A stretch of 64,000 nt of DNA from Podarcis gaigeae (Eukaryota). The number at the start of each line of letters is the position of its first letter. Position 1 is the first letter of the stretch. This document shows positions 48,385-61,375 of this stretch, piece after piece. Where the stretch lies: the NCBI GenBank assembly GCA_964106915.2, contig OZ066915.1. One strand, 5' to 3'. Under the pieces are notes generated by a model, which ran no database searches, was not told where the DNA came from, and saw nothing but the letters and a program-made list of their open reading frames with translations. The position numbers were made by a program, and so were the translations under genes.

Positions 48385-50914
48385 TAGATTTCTTAACCGG
48401 CTGCTTGATTTTCCAGTAACTGCTGGATTGTGCATAAAATTCTAAACACAGATTTGCCAAAGAAGAATACCTCAGCCCCTGTTCCTAGTCTATGCTGATA
48501 TCACATGGACCATCGGGTCATTTCCCCAGTTTGTGACCCTATAAAAAGACGATGTCCTGGCCCAATCTCAGTTGTCCCAGTGCAAATTAGTTAATGGCTG
48601 TGAGCGGGGATTTGCTACTGTAAAAACACTTCCACTTTGTGAAGCTGAGACGCCAATGAAGCAGACAGTTGGCACTCATCTTCAAGTGCTGGCAAAGGCA
48701 AGCTTATATCAATAAAAAAGGAATCCTCTCTCTTCCTTGCTGGTCTCCATCCATACCCCAAGAGACCTGCACAACTACACTATTGATAAACATTTGTCAG
48801 GGGCCATTTCCTCTCCTACTTGATTTTATTTCTGTTTGAACTGGATGGGATAGCCTTAGATTCAGGCTCTGGAAAGAAGGAATGGGTGCCAGGGCACAGA
48901 GCAGTCAGGACAACCAAAGAAGGAAAGGAGCAGGACAGAGGAGATTATTGGGCTTCCTAAGGCAAGCAGCCCATACTGTAAAAGGAAAGGGAAACAAGAC
49001 TGAACGGCTCAGCTCTGGCTGTGTTAAAATGGCTGTGAATCTGCAAGCAGGGAATGAGAGACAGAAAGAGAGAGAGGAGGGCAAAGGGAGACCAAACATT
49101 TTGGACAGGTCCTGGGACAACCAGAGGGGCCATTTGTAAGGATGAATAAATAGTTACTAGGACCACCCCTCATCCCAACCACTCTTTGAAGAGAACCTGT
49201 GAGTTCTAATTTACCTACAAAACAAAGAAGACTCAAGGAACGGTCCCAGACAACATTCAAAATCTCTGCATCATTCAACACTTGGAGCAGTCTCCAAGGA
49301 ATCATCACTGCCCACCTGACAGATTCAGACTGGGAGCAGGGCCCAGGGCCATGCATGAAAAAGAGGAAACTGAGTATTTGTGCCATAGGATGCAAATGGG
49401 GTAGAAGTGAGGATACTTGATCCACCCAGTGCTCCAAAAGGAGAGAGTTGGCAGGCTGAGGGAAGGGAGGCAAAGGCCAACTACTCTTGCAAAATCTGTG
49501 CATACACTCAAATCAGCGCCACACTGACTTAACTTCAGATGTATATGGGATAAGCAAAAGCATAATCTTTCATTCACTGTTTTCAAATTCTCAGCAACTC
49601 TTATTGAGTACCAAGATGTCAGTCATGGGAGGAACAGCAACCAGTACAAGGAAGATCGTCTCCCTGTATGCAAATCTTTCACCTTTAGTCTGCATTAACC
49701 TGCCTTTCAAATTCTGCAATGGCTTTTGAGTTCCTGCTTGATTCTACAGAGCTAAGAGCAGCAGGTTCGAGGTGAAAGTTCAGGAGTTTTGCATTGTTAT
49801 GCACAGTGGTAATATTTTACTAGGTTGTAACACGGCAGCAAATGGCCTCACGTGATTAGCTTGTTCAGTGCCTGTCTGACCTTGTCCCTGCCCGCCCTCA
49901 CTCATTCATATATACACACCCAAACTTCCAAACATTTCCAGTGAGAAGGAAATGGGAAAGGAGAGGAAACTGGTAGAACTACTTTTTACTAAGTCATAGC
50001 TCCAGAGAGACTTCATTTTGTTCACTGCCTGCTCTGTCTGCCCTGCTACCATCAAGCAGAAGATAAATCTCCTACGGTTACGCTGGAAAAGATTTCTACA
50101 ATACAACAAATGAGTGAGTTGCAAAAGCTCAAATTAAAATCTCAGCAATTCCACCTGCTCCTTGTATATTAAAGATCTGCGATATACATGACAAGGTACT
50201 ATTCAAATTGCCAGTTTTTCCATAGAATACTTCCTGTGCCTTTTAGCAGCTGTATGACAGGCAGGAGCTACACAGGTGAAGGTTTTCTCACTGTTGTGCA
50301 GAAACTACCAGTTGGATTTCTGCATGACATGCAACTGGTCAGGAAAAAACATAGCAATCGAGCGCCAAACAAGAACAATCCCTGAGACCCATTCAACTTT
50401 TTTATTAGCCAGAGAAGGTGGCATCCCATCCAACATATAATTAGGTAGGGCCATGCTTCATTTAACACGAAGCCCATAATCTCTAGCTCAGTCTAATATC
50501 CTGTCTTCCACTATGCTACAGCTGGCCAATGGTCAGGCAAATCAACATCGGAGATAACAAGGGTTCTAGATTTGATGTCAAATCCAAGATCAGTTAGAGC
50601 TATGAGCTAAAATGGGGCATGTGGAACAAACAATAAACACCATCTTAACCAACAGATGTAAAGGAAACTATACAATAACTGTCTTCCACTGCTACCAATG
50701 GAAAGGTTGGGTACAAAGGGTTAAAATGCCACTGTGTGGACCTGGCTGAAAGGTGTGAAAATATTACCATCTTAACTAGTGGAAATGTTGCTAGGAAAAT
50801 TATGAGATCTCAGGGCAAGTTTAAATGACAGAAAGAATGGAGGAGCATATGTCAGGAATGATTGATATCCAACAGGTCCTGTCACAATGCAATAGGGATG
50901 AGACATGTTGCCTG

Positions 50915-50998
50915 TTCCTGTGCAAGGTGACTCAGAATTAAGTCCCACTAAGTTGAATGAGACTGCTTCCTGAGTAAGTACAGACAGGATTGCAGCAT
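50915..50998. mobile_element. Short palindromic MITE (TGCAATCCT/AGGATTGCA family)
   Basis: actcagaattaagtcccactaagttgaatgagactgcttcctgagt...aggattgcagc; relatives at ~33520-33570 and 52240-52322. Confidence 0.5.
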
Positions 50999-51247
50999 GA
51001 CCATGCAGTCTTTACCCACCAATAACAACATAAGCTTGCCACAGATTTAAATAGGGTTATGATTACTGTGCTGGTGAGCTATTTAGTTCTGTACATCAAT
51101 CATTTCCAGCAGAAGCATATTTCATTTGCACCAAACCTGGTATATGATGGCCAGATGCCATCAGGCAAAGCCTTGTTCCTGTGCCTCTTAATAGCACCCC
51201 CACATCCAGAAATGTTTGGCTGCTGAAATTTCCAGCACCTCCTAGAC

Positions 51248-51377
51248 CATGGATGCGTGACCCTCCAGTTTTGTTGAACTTCAGCTGCCATCATGCCTGG
51301 AATTTGGCCAGGATGCCTGGGGGTGATGGGAGTTGGGAGTCCAGCAACATCTGGAAAGCACCACTTTGTCACCCCTG
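51248..51377. mobile_element. Palindromic hAT-type MITE
   Basis: ...gatgggagttgggagtccagcaacatctgga...cacccctg. Confidence 0.6.
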
Positions 51378-52605
51378 TTCTAAGGAGAACATCTTCCTTC
51401 AAACACAACTCCAACTCTGAACCATGCTCATCAAAAGGGAATAGCAATGGGTGCTTAAGAAGAGCAAACTTGTCTTCAGACCATTAGCTCTGTTTTCATG
51501 CAGCATGTTCATTTCATCACTAAACCTCACACCAGGACTGTACGTAGGGGTTCCACCAACAATCACGCTTTATTCCATAGACCTGCGAGAATCACCCACG
51601 TCCTTCCCTCCCTGTTGCACTGCTGAATAATAGAAGGAGAATGAGAAAGAAAGCAGGTGGCACCAATTACAATGTCAGATTGAAGATGGAATTGGAACTG
51701 ATTCCCAAAACTGTCCATTAAATCATGCTGCTAACTCTTACTGGCAACGTCCAAGAACGTTACTACGCACAGAAATGGAGAAATGTGCATACACGCTGCT
51801 GCATGCAAATCTGTGGGCACACGTCTTTCTACAGGGAAAATGTTCATTAGCACACCCTTAAATTCAAACATATACACTTTTGCATAAATACAAATACTTC
51901 CACATACATATTTTGCAGGTAGCTTTGCTAAAATGAGACATGGTGTGCCTGATGTTTTAAAGGTGTAAAGGTGGTGTGCTTACATTCTCAGCTTGCATGT
52001 ATCATAGTACAATGTTTCCACGTGGCAGATCTCATGCTCACATATAACATGCACTTCCTTCCCTAAGGAAATTATTCATTTACACCTTTAGTTATACTTT
52101 TCCTCTCAACCTTTTTCTATAAAGCATGGTGGCTTTTCTCATATTACTATAACAAAGGCATTTGTGTGTTTCAAAATTGGGAAATTCTTCCTCTGGAACA
52201 TCTAGTGGCATCATGACCAGACAGAACTCCTATACTTTCAGCATTGCAATCCTTACATGGGAAGAAATCTCACTGAAATTGGTAGAACTCACTTCTGGCT
52301 AAATGGGTTTAGGACTGTGCTGTGTGTGGAAAACACAGCTTTGTCAGATGCTGCTTGTCAGGTTGGGGGGGGGGCATTTATCTCTCTGGTGCTGAATTCC
52401 ATTGGAAGGTAATCTGTCAAGGCCACGTGTCAGAGATGGGCAGGACACCACCACCCCTCTCCTTCTCTCTGCTACCTATGTTTCCACCCATCTGCCCCAC
52501 TTTGCCAGTCCCATGAAATTAGGCCAAGGGCTACAGCCTTCCCAACCCTGTTGGGCATAGTGAGGCTCAAGATTAATCAACACTTGGTGGAGAAAAAGAG
52601 AAGCA

Positions 52606-52785
52606 GAAGAGCTGCACCTCAATAGTAGAGCATCTGCTTTGCCTGCAAGACGTTTCTGGCTCAATCCTTAGCATCTCCAGGTATAGCTGGGAGGGCCCCT
52701 TCTCTCAAATCCTGGAGAGCTGCTACCAGCCAGTGTAGGCAGTGGTGAGCTAGATGCACCAATGGCCTGACTCGGAATAAGGCAG
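52606..52785 (+). mobile_element. tRNA-derived SINE with CR1-type tail
   Basis: ctcaatagtagagcatctgctttgcctgc...gcatctccaggta...cctggagagctgctaccag...gagctagatgcaccaatggcctgactcggaataaggcag. Confidence 0.7.
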
Positions 52786-55424
52786 AGGCCAGTGGAGGTG
52801 AGTAGGATGGAAGTAGGAAAGTAAACAGAAGAAGATGAAAAAGGGATGCCCTTTGATACTTACTGAAGCCAGGAAAGAGAAGGAAAAGGGGCCCTGCAGA
52901 ATGTACTTCTACAGGCATCCCAGGAAAACTAGTACTTCTCATAAAGTGAGTTGAAGAAAATACCCCAGTTAGTGGAATTACAAGTAGATGAGAAGCTGTG
53001 AGTTGGCAGGTTGTGTGCCTATTCCTCTTCCAAAAGCAGAGAGCAGTCGCCACCAGAAGCTCAGGTTTTGTGTGTTTGAGCTGAGGATTGTAACACCGAT
53101 GTAACCTTGCTATGAACATGTTGCAGTGCCATTCGACACTTTTAAAGTTTAGACACTAAATCAAAGACAACCAAACAAACCTGCCAAGTGATTAAAGAGG
53201 AATTTACCAGGCTTCATGCAGGGGGTGGATGTGCACTAAAACTGTTGTCTAAACTGGCTCCTGGAGCTGCGTTGGTAATCCCCAAATGAGCATAAACCAG
53301 AATGTGGAAGAATCGTCTTCATATGTACCACAAAGAGGTAAAAAGACACAGTGGCGAACCAAGTATACTCAGTTTACTGCAAATCTTACCATTCCAAAGA
53401 ATTCTTAGGAATGAGAAGTGTTTGCACTGCATGCTTGCAGAAAAAGAAGAGTTTTATAAACATGAGACTGCACTGCCTCTTTAATTACAGTTGAAAACAA
53501 TAAAGTACACAACAATGCAGAAGACACCAGAATCTATCTTTCCTTCTTTAAGAAAAAATTGTCACAGTAAGCTAAAAATTAACCAGGATGGAGGGAGGTT
53601 AGTTCATGATTTGGGGAAAAAACACTGAGATTCTCCACATTGATCCCAGAATTGGGTTGCTCCTTCGACTGAACCTGCAGGTGCCCTCAAGTCAAAAGGT
53701 CCACCGTTTTGCTTTCAGGTGTCCTGAAATTAAAGGACTTGAAAGGTCAGGGAAGTTCAAGTCTCGCGAAGACACTAACACAAAGCTCCAAAATTCATAT
53801 CCTATCTCAGTTATGCAGATCCATCTTCCTACCAGTTCAGAGACTGCTCCTGGCACAGAGTTTTAAAAATGCCAACCTGTTTTCCTCAGAGATGTTCAGA
53901 GGAAAATAATAATAAAAGTCTCTGGTGCAGTCTGGTAAAGATGGCACCCCAGGGGGGAAAGAAGGATAAAAAAAAGTCATGTGATTAATTGCTTTCAGGA
54001 AAGCCACCATGGAAAACACAATTTTGCTTCCACTTTGATAAAGAGGTCTTTAAAAGCATTTGCTTCCCACGCTTAAACGGAGAAGTTGGCAAGCCACTGA
54101 AGTGAACATTGTCTGGCAAGTGGGATGGAAGGCAAGAAAGACCTCACTTCTGCAAATTCCAGAGACTTTAGGAGAGTTGCTTGAGATTTACTCCCCACCA
54201 TAACTACAAAACTGGGCACTCTGAAGATAAAAATGAGGGGCAGTGTTTAAATTGCTACACTACCTGTCTGCATCTTATGAGAGGGTATTGAAATTCCCAG
54301 TACAAGAGCAGCAGACACTGTGGCAAAGAAAACAAGCATTATGCAGGTTGCCCTATGCGACAGAGGGCAACTTGATGCATCATCACATCTGAACTGCGTA
54401 TTTCCTACATTTACTCCACCATGCAGTAGAGTGTAGCAGCTTTCAATCTGGTTCCTACTGTAATCGTCCCCAGAGGAATGGTATGCTTCCTTGGGCTTCC
54501 TTGTATAGGTGGCAATGCCTTCAGCAAAGAAGATGAAATGCTGCTAAACTGTCACTGAACAGTAGTGTATTTTCCCTGCCACTTTGTCACAAGGTAAAGT
54601 TGACACCTCAAAGCACTGACAAGGTTGGGAGCAAAAAGCCAACTATTAACCCTAGCATTGGAACTGACAGAACTTCCTTTCCTTTTTTCTTTTGGTGTAA
54701 AGGCATTTCCCAACTTATAAACATCTGCTCCTCCTGTCTCAAAACAAAACCCAGATCAGTTTCTCGCAGAAATGAGCAGGGGCCTTATTATTTTTAGATT
54801 ACTAGTGCGTCTTGCATGGGAGCTGCACCACGAGACTGCAGCCATACTGGTTACCATGACAACATCATCACTTCTTCACAAGATGACGACAGAGGATTGT
54901 CAAGGAAAGTAAGCAAAAGGAGCAGGGATTGGAAAAGGAAGGTGCCTGGGAGTCACCTGAGCCTACATTGAGTTATCTACATACCAATCTATTTCAGATC
55001 AAACTGCCTGCACTGGAAACAGTTCAGAATTATTTTTTAAAGTCCTCACGGAGGAGGAACTTGAAGCTCAGCTGGGCTGTGAAAGTCTCATCCCTGCTAG
55101 TTTTCCTGTCAGGACTCAGATTCTACCTGCAGATATGCCATCCTCAGTATTCAACTGGGCTAAATTAAGAGCCAAGGGCCTGAGAGGACTGTTGGGGCAG
55201 CCTCCTCTCTACCTTCCCTGAGGCGATGTAGGACCTTTGTGCCCTGAGGGAAAGCACAAGCAGCACAGCACAGCACAGGGAACCATCAGTCAGTGTATAA
55301 CAGGCAAAATGTTTTAATGCAGCTACTGAGCTAAGTCTCAGCAGAGATCAGCCCCAGCTGGCGTATACACAGTGAAAAGTGTTTCTTATAGCCCATACAC
55401 TCTAGGAAATTCCCTCTAAAATAA

Positions 55425-55551
55425 GACTGAGAAACCTGTGGTCCACCAGATGTTGTTGGACTCAACAGCCCCAGACAGCATGGCCAATAGTCAGAGATGT
55501 GGCAAGACGTTGTCCGACAACATCTGGAGCACCATAGGTTCTTCTCCCCTG
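55425..55551. mobile_element. Palindromic hAT-type MITE
   Basis: aacctgtggt..ccagatgttgttggac / gtccgacaacatctgg..accataggtt...cccctg. Confidence 0.65.
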
Positions 55552-57395
55552 CCCTAAAGATACAGAATCCTCAGGTATTACTTCAGGACAGCAAACGCTT
55601 TTCCTTTCCAAAAGAAATTAAACCACCTGCTGTGTTTCATACAGGACCAAGGGTTTTGTTTGTTTCGCTTGTATTTTTCATGCAGTCCTTTCCCCCACAA
55701 ACCAGAGACCTGTCCTCAGGAAAATGGCCACCACAGCTGCACCTTAATTCACCGCCATGAACATCATGGAACCAGCCGGATGAGTGATGCTGAGCCATTT
55801 GCTCTTCTACATGCTCTTTCCATTTGTGATTTCTCTGGCAGATGAACAAGCACCTCGGGACAAGGAAGACCACGTATTTTTTTACAGTCTGTAAATCACC
55901 CAGATGGTTTTTTGGCACCACACAGATAATGATGATACGCCAGTCCTAATGTCCACCTGCCTATCTGGAGACTTAGAGAGGATAACAGAATCCTCAACAT
56001 GAGGGTTAAATCAGGAATTGTTGTGTGTGTATTTTTACTGGCAGACAAAACAGAAAAATCAAACAACAGAATTAGCCCTGATGAAAGCAACCTGGAAGCA
56101 ACCAAGGAGAAAGGTCCATGGGAAGGCCCCATCAATAGAATCACAAACCCATATCAAACAGACTTTTACATACATACTTGCTGAAGGACATGCACCAAAC
56201 TGCATTGCTTTCTCCTCACAAGGCAGAACTTTAGAAAGTGGCACAGTCCCTCACCAACACATAATTTGCTGCACCCAGCTAAGCCATGATTTCACTTGGG
56301 CTTTCTCCCGAAGCCCATGCTCTTTATAATCCTCTGAAGAGCACAACTGGCACAACAAAATGATTCAACATAGTTATGCCTGTTTTCTGTATGGTCATGC
56401 CAGATCCCTGCACGATGAACTTCAATTGGTTCTTCTGCTGATTGGTTTCCCTCTCTAGTATGTGTGGTAACCTGCAGCCCTGCTTGTCCTGACCAGCTCT
56501 CAGTCTTGCAATTAGCCCCACTGACCTCTGAAATCCTCAGCCTCTCTAAGCAGCCATGCATTAAATCCCGGATCCAAGAGTGGAAATAGACTTCGTAAAA
56601 GGCTTATGGCCCTATTTATTGCATTGTACGCATGATGGGTTCTGATGGCATGGAATAATGCTGCAGAGGCTTACTTTCTCGGCCTCCATGACCAGACAGA
56701 GACCAGGTGGCTATAAGAAAAAAGTGGTACATTCCCAGCATTTATCTGTCACAGTCAACACCAGGTGCTAAAGGGAGAAAGAAAAAGATAGGAAAGCAGA
56801 ATCTAAGATTTCATGATTCCCAGAGTTTTTTGTTTTTTTACAACCCTGGGATCTTGATGCCAGGACTGAAGTCTGTCTAGACATACCACCCTCTTGCCTG
56901 GTAATCTTTCCCCTTAATTCCTGCTAGGTGAAGATACTCTCTAATTACTCATTGGGGAGGGGAATACACTCTGTACCTGTCCAGGGCGGGGGTACTTCCA
57001 TCTTTTTCCCCTTCATGTTGCAAGCCTGGTTCCTGGCATTAAAAACGGGTAAGTCTGGGACAAAGTAGAACCTGTAACTTCATGTTTTCTAAAATATGGA
57101 ATACTTCAGATTGTTCACATGTGCTCACAAGAAAAAGGGGACATAACCTCATTTGCGGGTGGACAGAGTGCTTGTACCACAGCAATTTTACTTTCAAGCT
57201 CTGGAATCATAAGGGTAATAAAGTTGTGGCAGTCTGTTCCTCAGTGCAGGACTACTGGGGGTAAGGAGAAGAGCCTGGGGGAAAGCTAATACAAATGTCA
57301 CTCACAAAAAAGCAAGTATGCAAGCAAGCAAAAGAAAGAAGTACAGCCTGCTTTCCCATAGGTTAACTCTCCTGATAGTTCTGAGCATTCATTGG

Positions 57396-57505
57396 CTTTG
57401 AGTGTGTACATATTTGCATGAAATCAGCTGCATACTTCGTAAACACATTGATGTAGTTCAATAGTACTGGTATGTGATGCTGCTGGGTATGAATAAACGG
57501 GAGAA
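57396..57505 (+). repeat. ~110-bp dispersed direct repeat, copy 1
   Basis: Aligns without gaps over ~100 bp with 58874-58982. Confidence 0.9.
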
Positions 57506-57594
57506 CTAGCAACTGATAAATCTTAACATAAAGGCAGAACTTCATACGTCTGATGTAGCAATACTTTATTGGGGGGGGGGGAGAAAGAAGGAGG

Positions 57595-57596
<2 letters not shown>

Positions 57597-57658
<62 letters not shown>
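57597..57658 (+). repeat. (GT)14(GA)17 compound microsatellite
   Basis: Read directly. Confidence 0.95.
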
Positions 57659-57663
<5 letters not shown>

Positions 57664-57944
57664 CTCCACAAGGGGCCAACAGAACATGCAGAATCAAAAC
57701 TCTGAGCATATTTTCCTTTATTAACAGACTGATGCCTTTAAAAGGCAACAACGGGAAAACCACAGAGCTAAACAGTCAAGTAACCAAGGGATCCTCTGCA
57801 TCCCTGTGGAAAATATAGAGCAAACCTTATCCTGTGCACGTTCCAGTCAGCCAGAGACCAAATCACAAGACCGATCAGCTCGCACTTCAAGCAGCTTGGC
57901 TGAATAACAGAGTCTAAATCAGGAAAGCCTCAGCCAGAGTATCT

Positions 57945-58093
57945 NNNNNNNNNNNNNNNNNNNNNNNNNNNNNNNNNNNNNNNNNNNNNNNNNNNNNNNN
58001 NNNNNNNNNNNNNNNNNNNNNNNNNNNNNNNNNNNNNNNNNNNNNNNNNNNNNNNNNNNNNNNNNNNNNNNNNNNNNNNNNNNNNNNNNNNNN
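57945..58093. other. Assembly gap (149 N)
   Basis: Run of N. Confidence 0.99.
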
Positions 58094-58873
58094 CTGGACA
58101 AAAACTGAGAGCACATGGGGCAAGTCAGAGTGAGTTTCACCCTGGTGCAGTGGGTTGTCTTATCATAGAGATCTGGTGCCTACTTCAACTACTGCAGGAA
58201 TAAATTGCACAGGAACACCCCATAAGGCCAAATCTGCCACACAATAAAATAAAGTCATACAGCGTGTTGTCGTCATCAACACAACAGATTACAAAAATGA
58301 GAAAAATGCCACATGCATCATGAACGTTGAATAACAGGTATTTTGCCAAAAAATAATAATTGCTGCTAGCCCCAAGGGAACAAAGGGAATAAACTGAATC
58401 ACAGGAGGGGACACTCCTCCCTCCCTCCTCATCTGCTTTACTACCTTATATGTAGATCGGGAGGGGGGCAGAAGAGCAAAACGCTGGGTACTGCACAGGT
58501 AGGTTCTTGTTTCCCTCCTGCAAACATATATTTCACTCAATGATCTGTATGACAATCAATGTGCTCACTAAGGAAGGAATGGGGGCTGGGGTGGGAACGA
58601 CTGCATTTTTCCAGCAACAAATATGGCACTTCTGGATACTGGGTAAATGCCATTTCTTCAAACAGAAATGCTATCTAAGAGAAAGACTACAGCTGAAACC
58701 ACACAAGCGTTTTCAAATACTTTAATGATTATCACTCAGGAATCTTTCCCCATTTCATGAGTTATGCACTTCCTGCTTCAAGTGTCAACATACGCGCTTC
58801 AGTTACTGATGGAGAAGCCCCTCCACACATACCTTCTTAATCTGGATGCGGGCTTATACTGCCCTGTTGCAGA

Positions 58874-58982
58874 CTTTGAGTGCATACATATTTGCATGAA
58901 ATTAGCTGCATGCTTTGCAAACACATCAATGTAGTTCAACAGTACTGGTATGTGATGCTGCTGGGTACAAATAACACGAGAA
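58874..58982 (+). repeat. ~110-bp dispersed direct repeat, copy 2
   Basis: Aligns with 57396-57505. Confidence 0.9.
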
Positions 58983-60291
58983 TCAGTGTCACAACCAACC
59001 TGCAGAGGAACTCTCCATTCACTCACAGGTATGCCTTCCCTGGCATTTTGAGGGCCTTTTTCAGTTGCTGCTACCACTAAACTATTCAGCCAAACAGCTG
59101 AAGGACGTAACGGCCACAAGCAGCCTTGGGAAGCCATCCCTAACTAATGGAAATAGCGCCCATTGGCTTGCCTTTCTATTGCAGGCTTTTAAAGGGCAAA
59201 CTGCAGATTTCCTTCCCTCCCCTCCATTAAATGAGCTGGATGTATTCTTAATGTACTCGGTGTACCAAATATCAGGGCAGTGAAGGGCACTCGCCTTGCC
59301 TTGTTTTCCTCCCATCCCCAAATGTCACACCTGCTGTGTACCCTGGAATTCATAATTCTGAGGTGTCACCACTACTCTTCCCTTTGCAACCCTGACTGAA
59401 TACAGAACCTGCTCACAAGAAGGCAGGATGCTTTTAATCACATGGCAGAGTTGTGCAATGTGTATTATTTAACATGATTATTTTATGTTCACAAAAGCAA
59501 CTGCTGCTTATGGGACTCCAAATACATGTAGATTTTCTGGGAGGATGGGGGCTGCACAGAACTGCATTTCACCTTTCTAACAGTTTGTTTCATTATCATA
59601 TTCCTTTCAGTCCTATCTCTGAATGCTAAACAGTGTAGGGTAAAAAGAATAAAGAGAACAATTCCAGGTAAATCAAGGCCAGGGATTCTAAAGTGAAGGT
59701 GGATCGTAGTGCACTCTGGTAAACCAAAGTGCCTGAGACACTTGGATGACAAAAGGAGATATGCCAACAAAATCCTGCAAAGGTGTTTGTTTTTTTAATA
59801 TAATATGTGCCTTTAAGGGTCAAAAACCAAAATGAGCATTGTTCAAATTAGGTGTGGTATAATATAAAAGCCAGATGGCAACTTTGCTTTTAAGGGCTGA
59901 TTGATGAAGAGTTTTGGATTGAAAGCCAAAACAACTGAAAGATGTGTCCTAGAGAAATCCAGACCATAAAAAGAAAAGAAAAAAAGATGGTTTGAAGGGA
60001 CTAGTGCAAAGACTATGAAGATCTGTGGCATAGGGAGAAGGCTGGCTATACTTGATTCAGGGGTCACCTAATGGACCTCCAAGTGAGAGAATACAAATAT
60101 CACTGACATCAACCCATATACTGTGAACCTGTGCTGCAAATATAGGGTAACTACATGCTACCTAGATAAATTAATAATATTGCAGTCAGCTTGCCCTTTG
60201 GTGGCACACCAAGTTAATAATGGAGGTGGAAATCTAATCCAGTTCTCCTCCAAGTCTAATGGTCTTGAATCCAGTGCCTCGGTTTGGTGAG

Positions 60292-60294
<3 letters not shown>

Positions 60295-60360
<66 letters not shown>
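60295..60360 (+). repeat. (TC)24(TG)9 compound microsatellite
   Basis: Read directly. Confidence 0.95.
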
Positions 60361-61079
60361 TCCAACAAATAGCCAATATACTGCAACATAACACTGATGG
60401 AGCTACAATAGCTGAATCCAGGTACAAATGCCATAATCAGATTGAGAGTTAACGACTGTGTACCTGAAGCTGCAGTTAGCTTACTAGTCAGCATATGCCG
60501 TGTGCCCCTGCCTCTTGCTATGTGAGTAAACAGATCCTCTCAGGCACACACACCAATTTGTGGTATTGCAGAGCCCTCTGGCAACACTAAATTCAAACAT
60601 GATATCACTAGTGAAATAAGTATATCCATAGCAGCTATTGGGAAGAGAGACGCCAACATCTCTAAAACCTTGTCCCGGAAGCAGGAGCAATGAACAGATG
60701 AAGATGCTTTCAGTTCAAGTCTCCAAACATACCTGAACGAGGAATGGACTGAAGGGGAAGGGAAACAGTAATGAATAATTTATTGTTATACATGCAGACA
60801 GAGGAGAAAGCTAAACCACAAGGAATCGGTCAGAATGTTTGATAAGATTCCTTTTAGACCTTTCCGGGTGATAATCAAATTGCTTCAGGGCATTCCTATT
60901 CTTCTACAAGCATGGAAACAGTTTTCCTTATAAATAAAACAGTCTTATCCTCTGTTCTAATGCACTGATGGTGGTGGTGATAGTGGGGCTGTTGTCTCAA
61001 CCACCCATAATAATTTAAACCATGTTCTGCCACTAGGAAAGACTCCACTGCAAACAAACCGTTCATAACAGATAAACAA

Positions 61080-61375
61080 CAGAATTCACTTCTCCAATAT
61101 GTGGTGATTGCCACCTACTTAGATGGCTTTTTAAAGGGGGATTAGAAATTCATAGAGGGTGAGGTTTCTAATGGGGACTAGTCATGATGGAACAGATGGA
61201 ACAGAAGCACCATATCTCTGAATACCCAAATTATTGGGGAGCTACATGGAGAGAAGGCTTTTGCACTCATGCCTTGCTTGTGGGCTTTTCAAAGGTTGAC
61301 CACTAGGGAAGCAGGATGCTAGACTAGATAGGCCTTTAGTCTTATCCAGCAGGGCTTTTTTTTACATCCTTATAG
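61080..61375 (+). mobile_element. CR1 LINE 3' end
   Basis: atgtggtgattgccacc..cttagatggctttttaaagggggattaga..aattcatagagg...caggatgctagactagataggccttt..tcttatccagcagggct, the end of CR1 ORF2 and 3'UTR (recalled consensus). Confidence 0.75.

Noticed and set aside
49024-49503. Longest ORF (159 aa) and others of 130-152 aa
   Set aside because: Lengths expected by chance in 64 kb over six frames with alternative starts; no domain-like motifs.
57025-57048. 24-nt plus-strand microexon
   Set aside because: AAG acceptor is weak, and such pairings are expected by chance.
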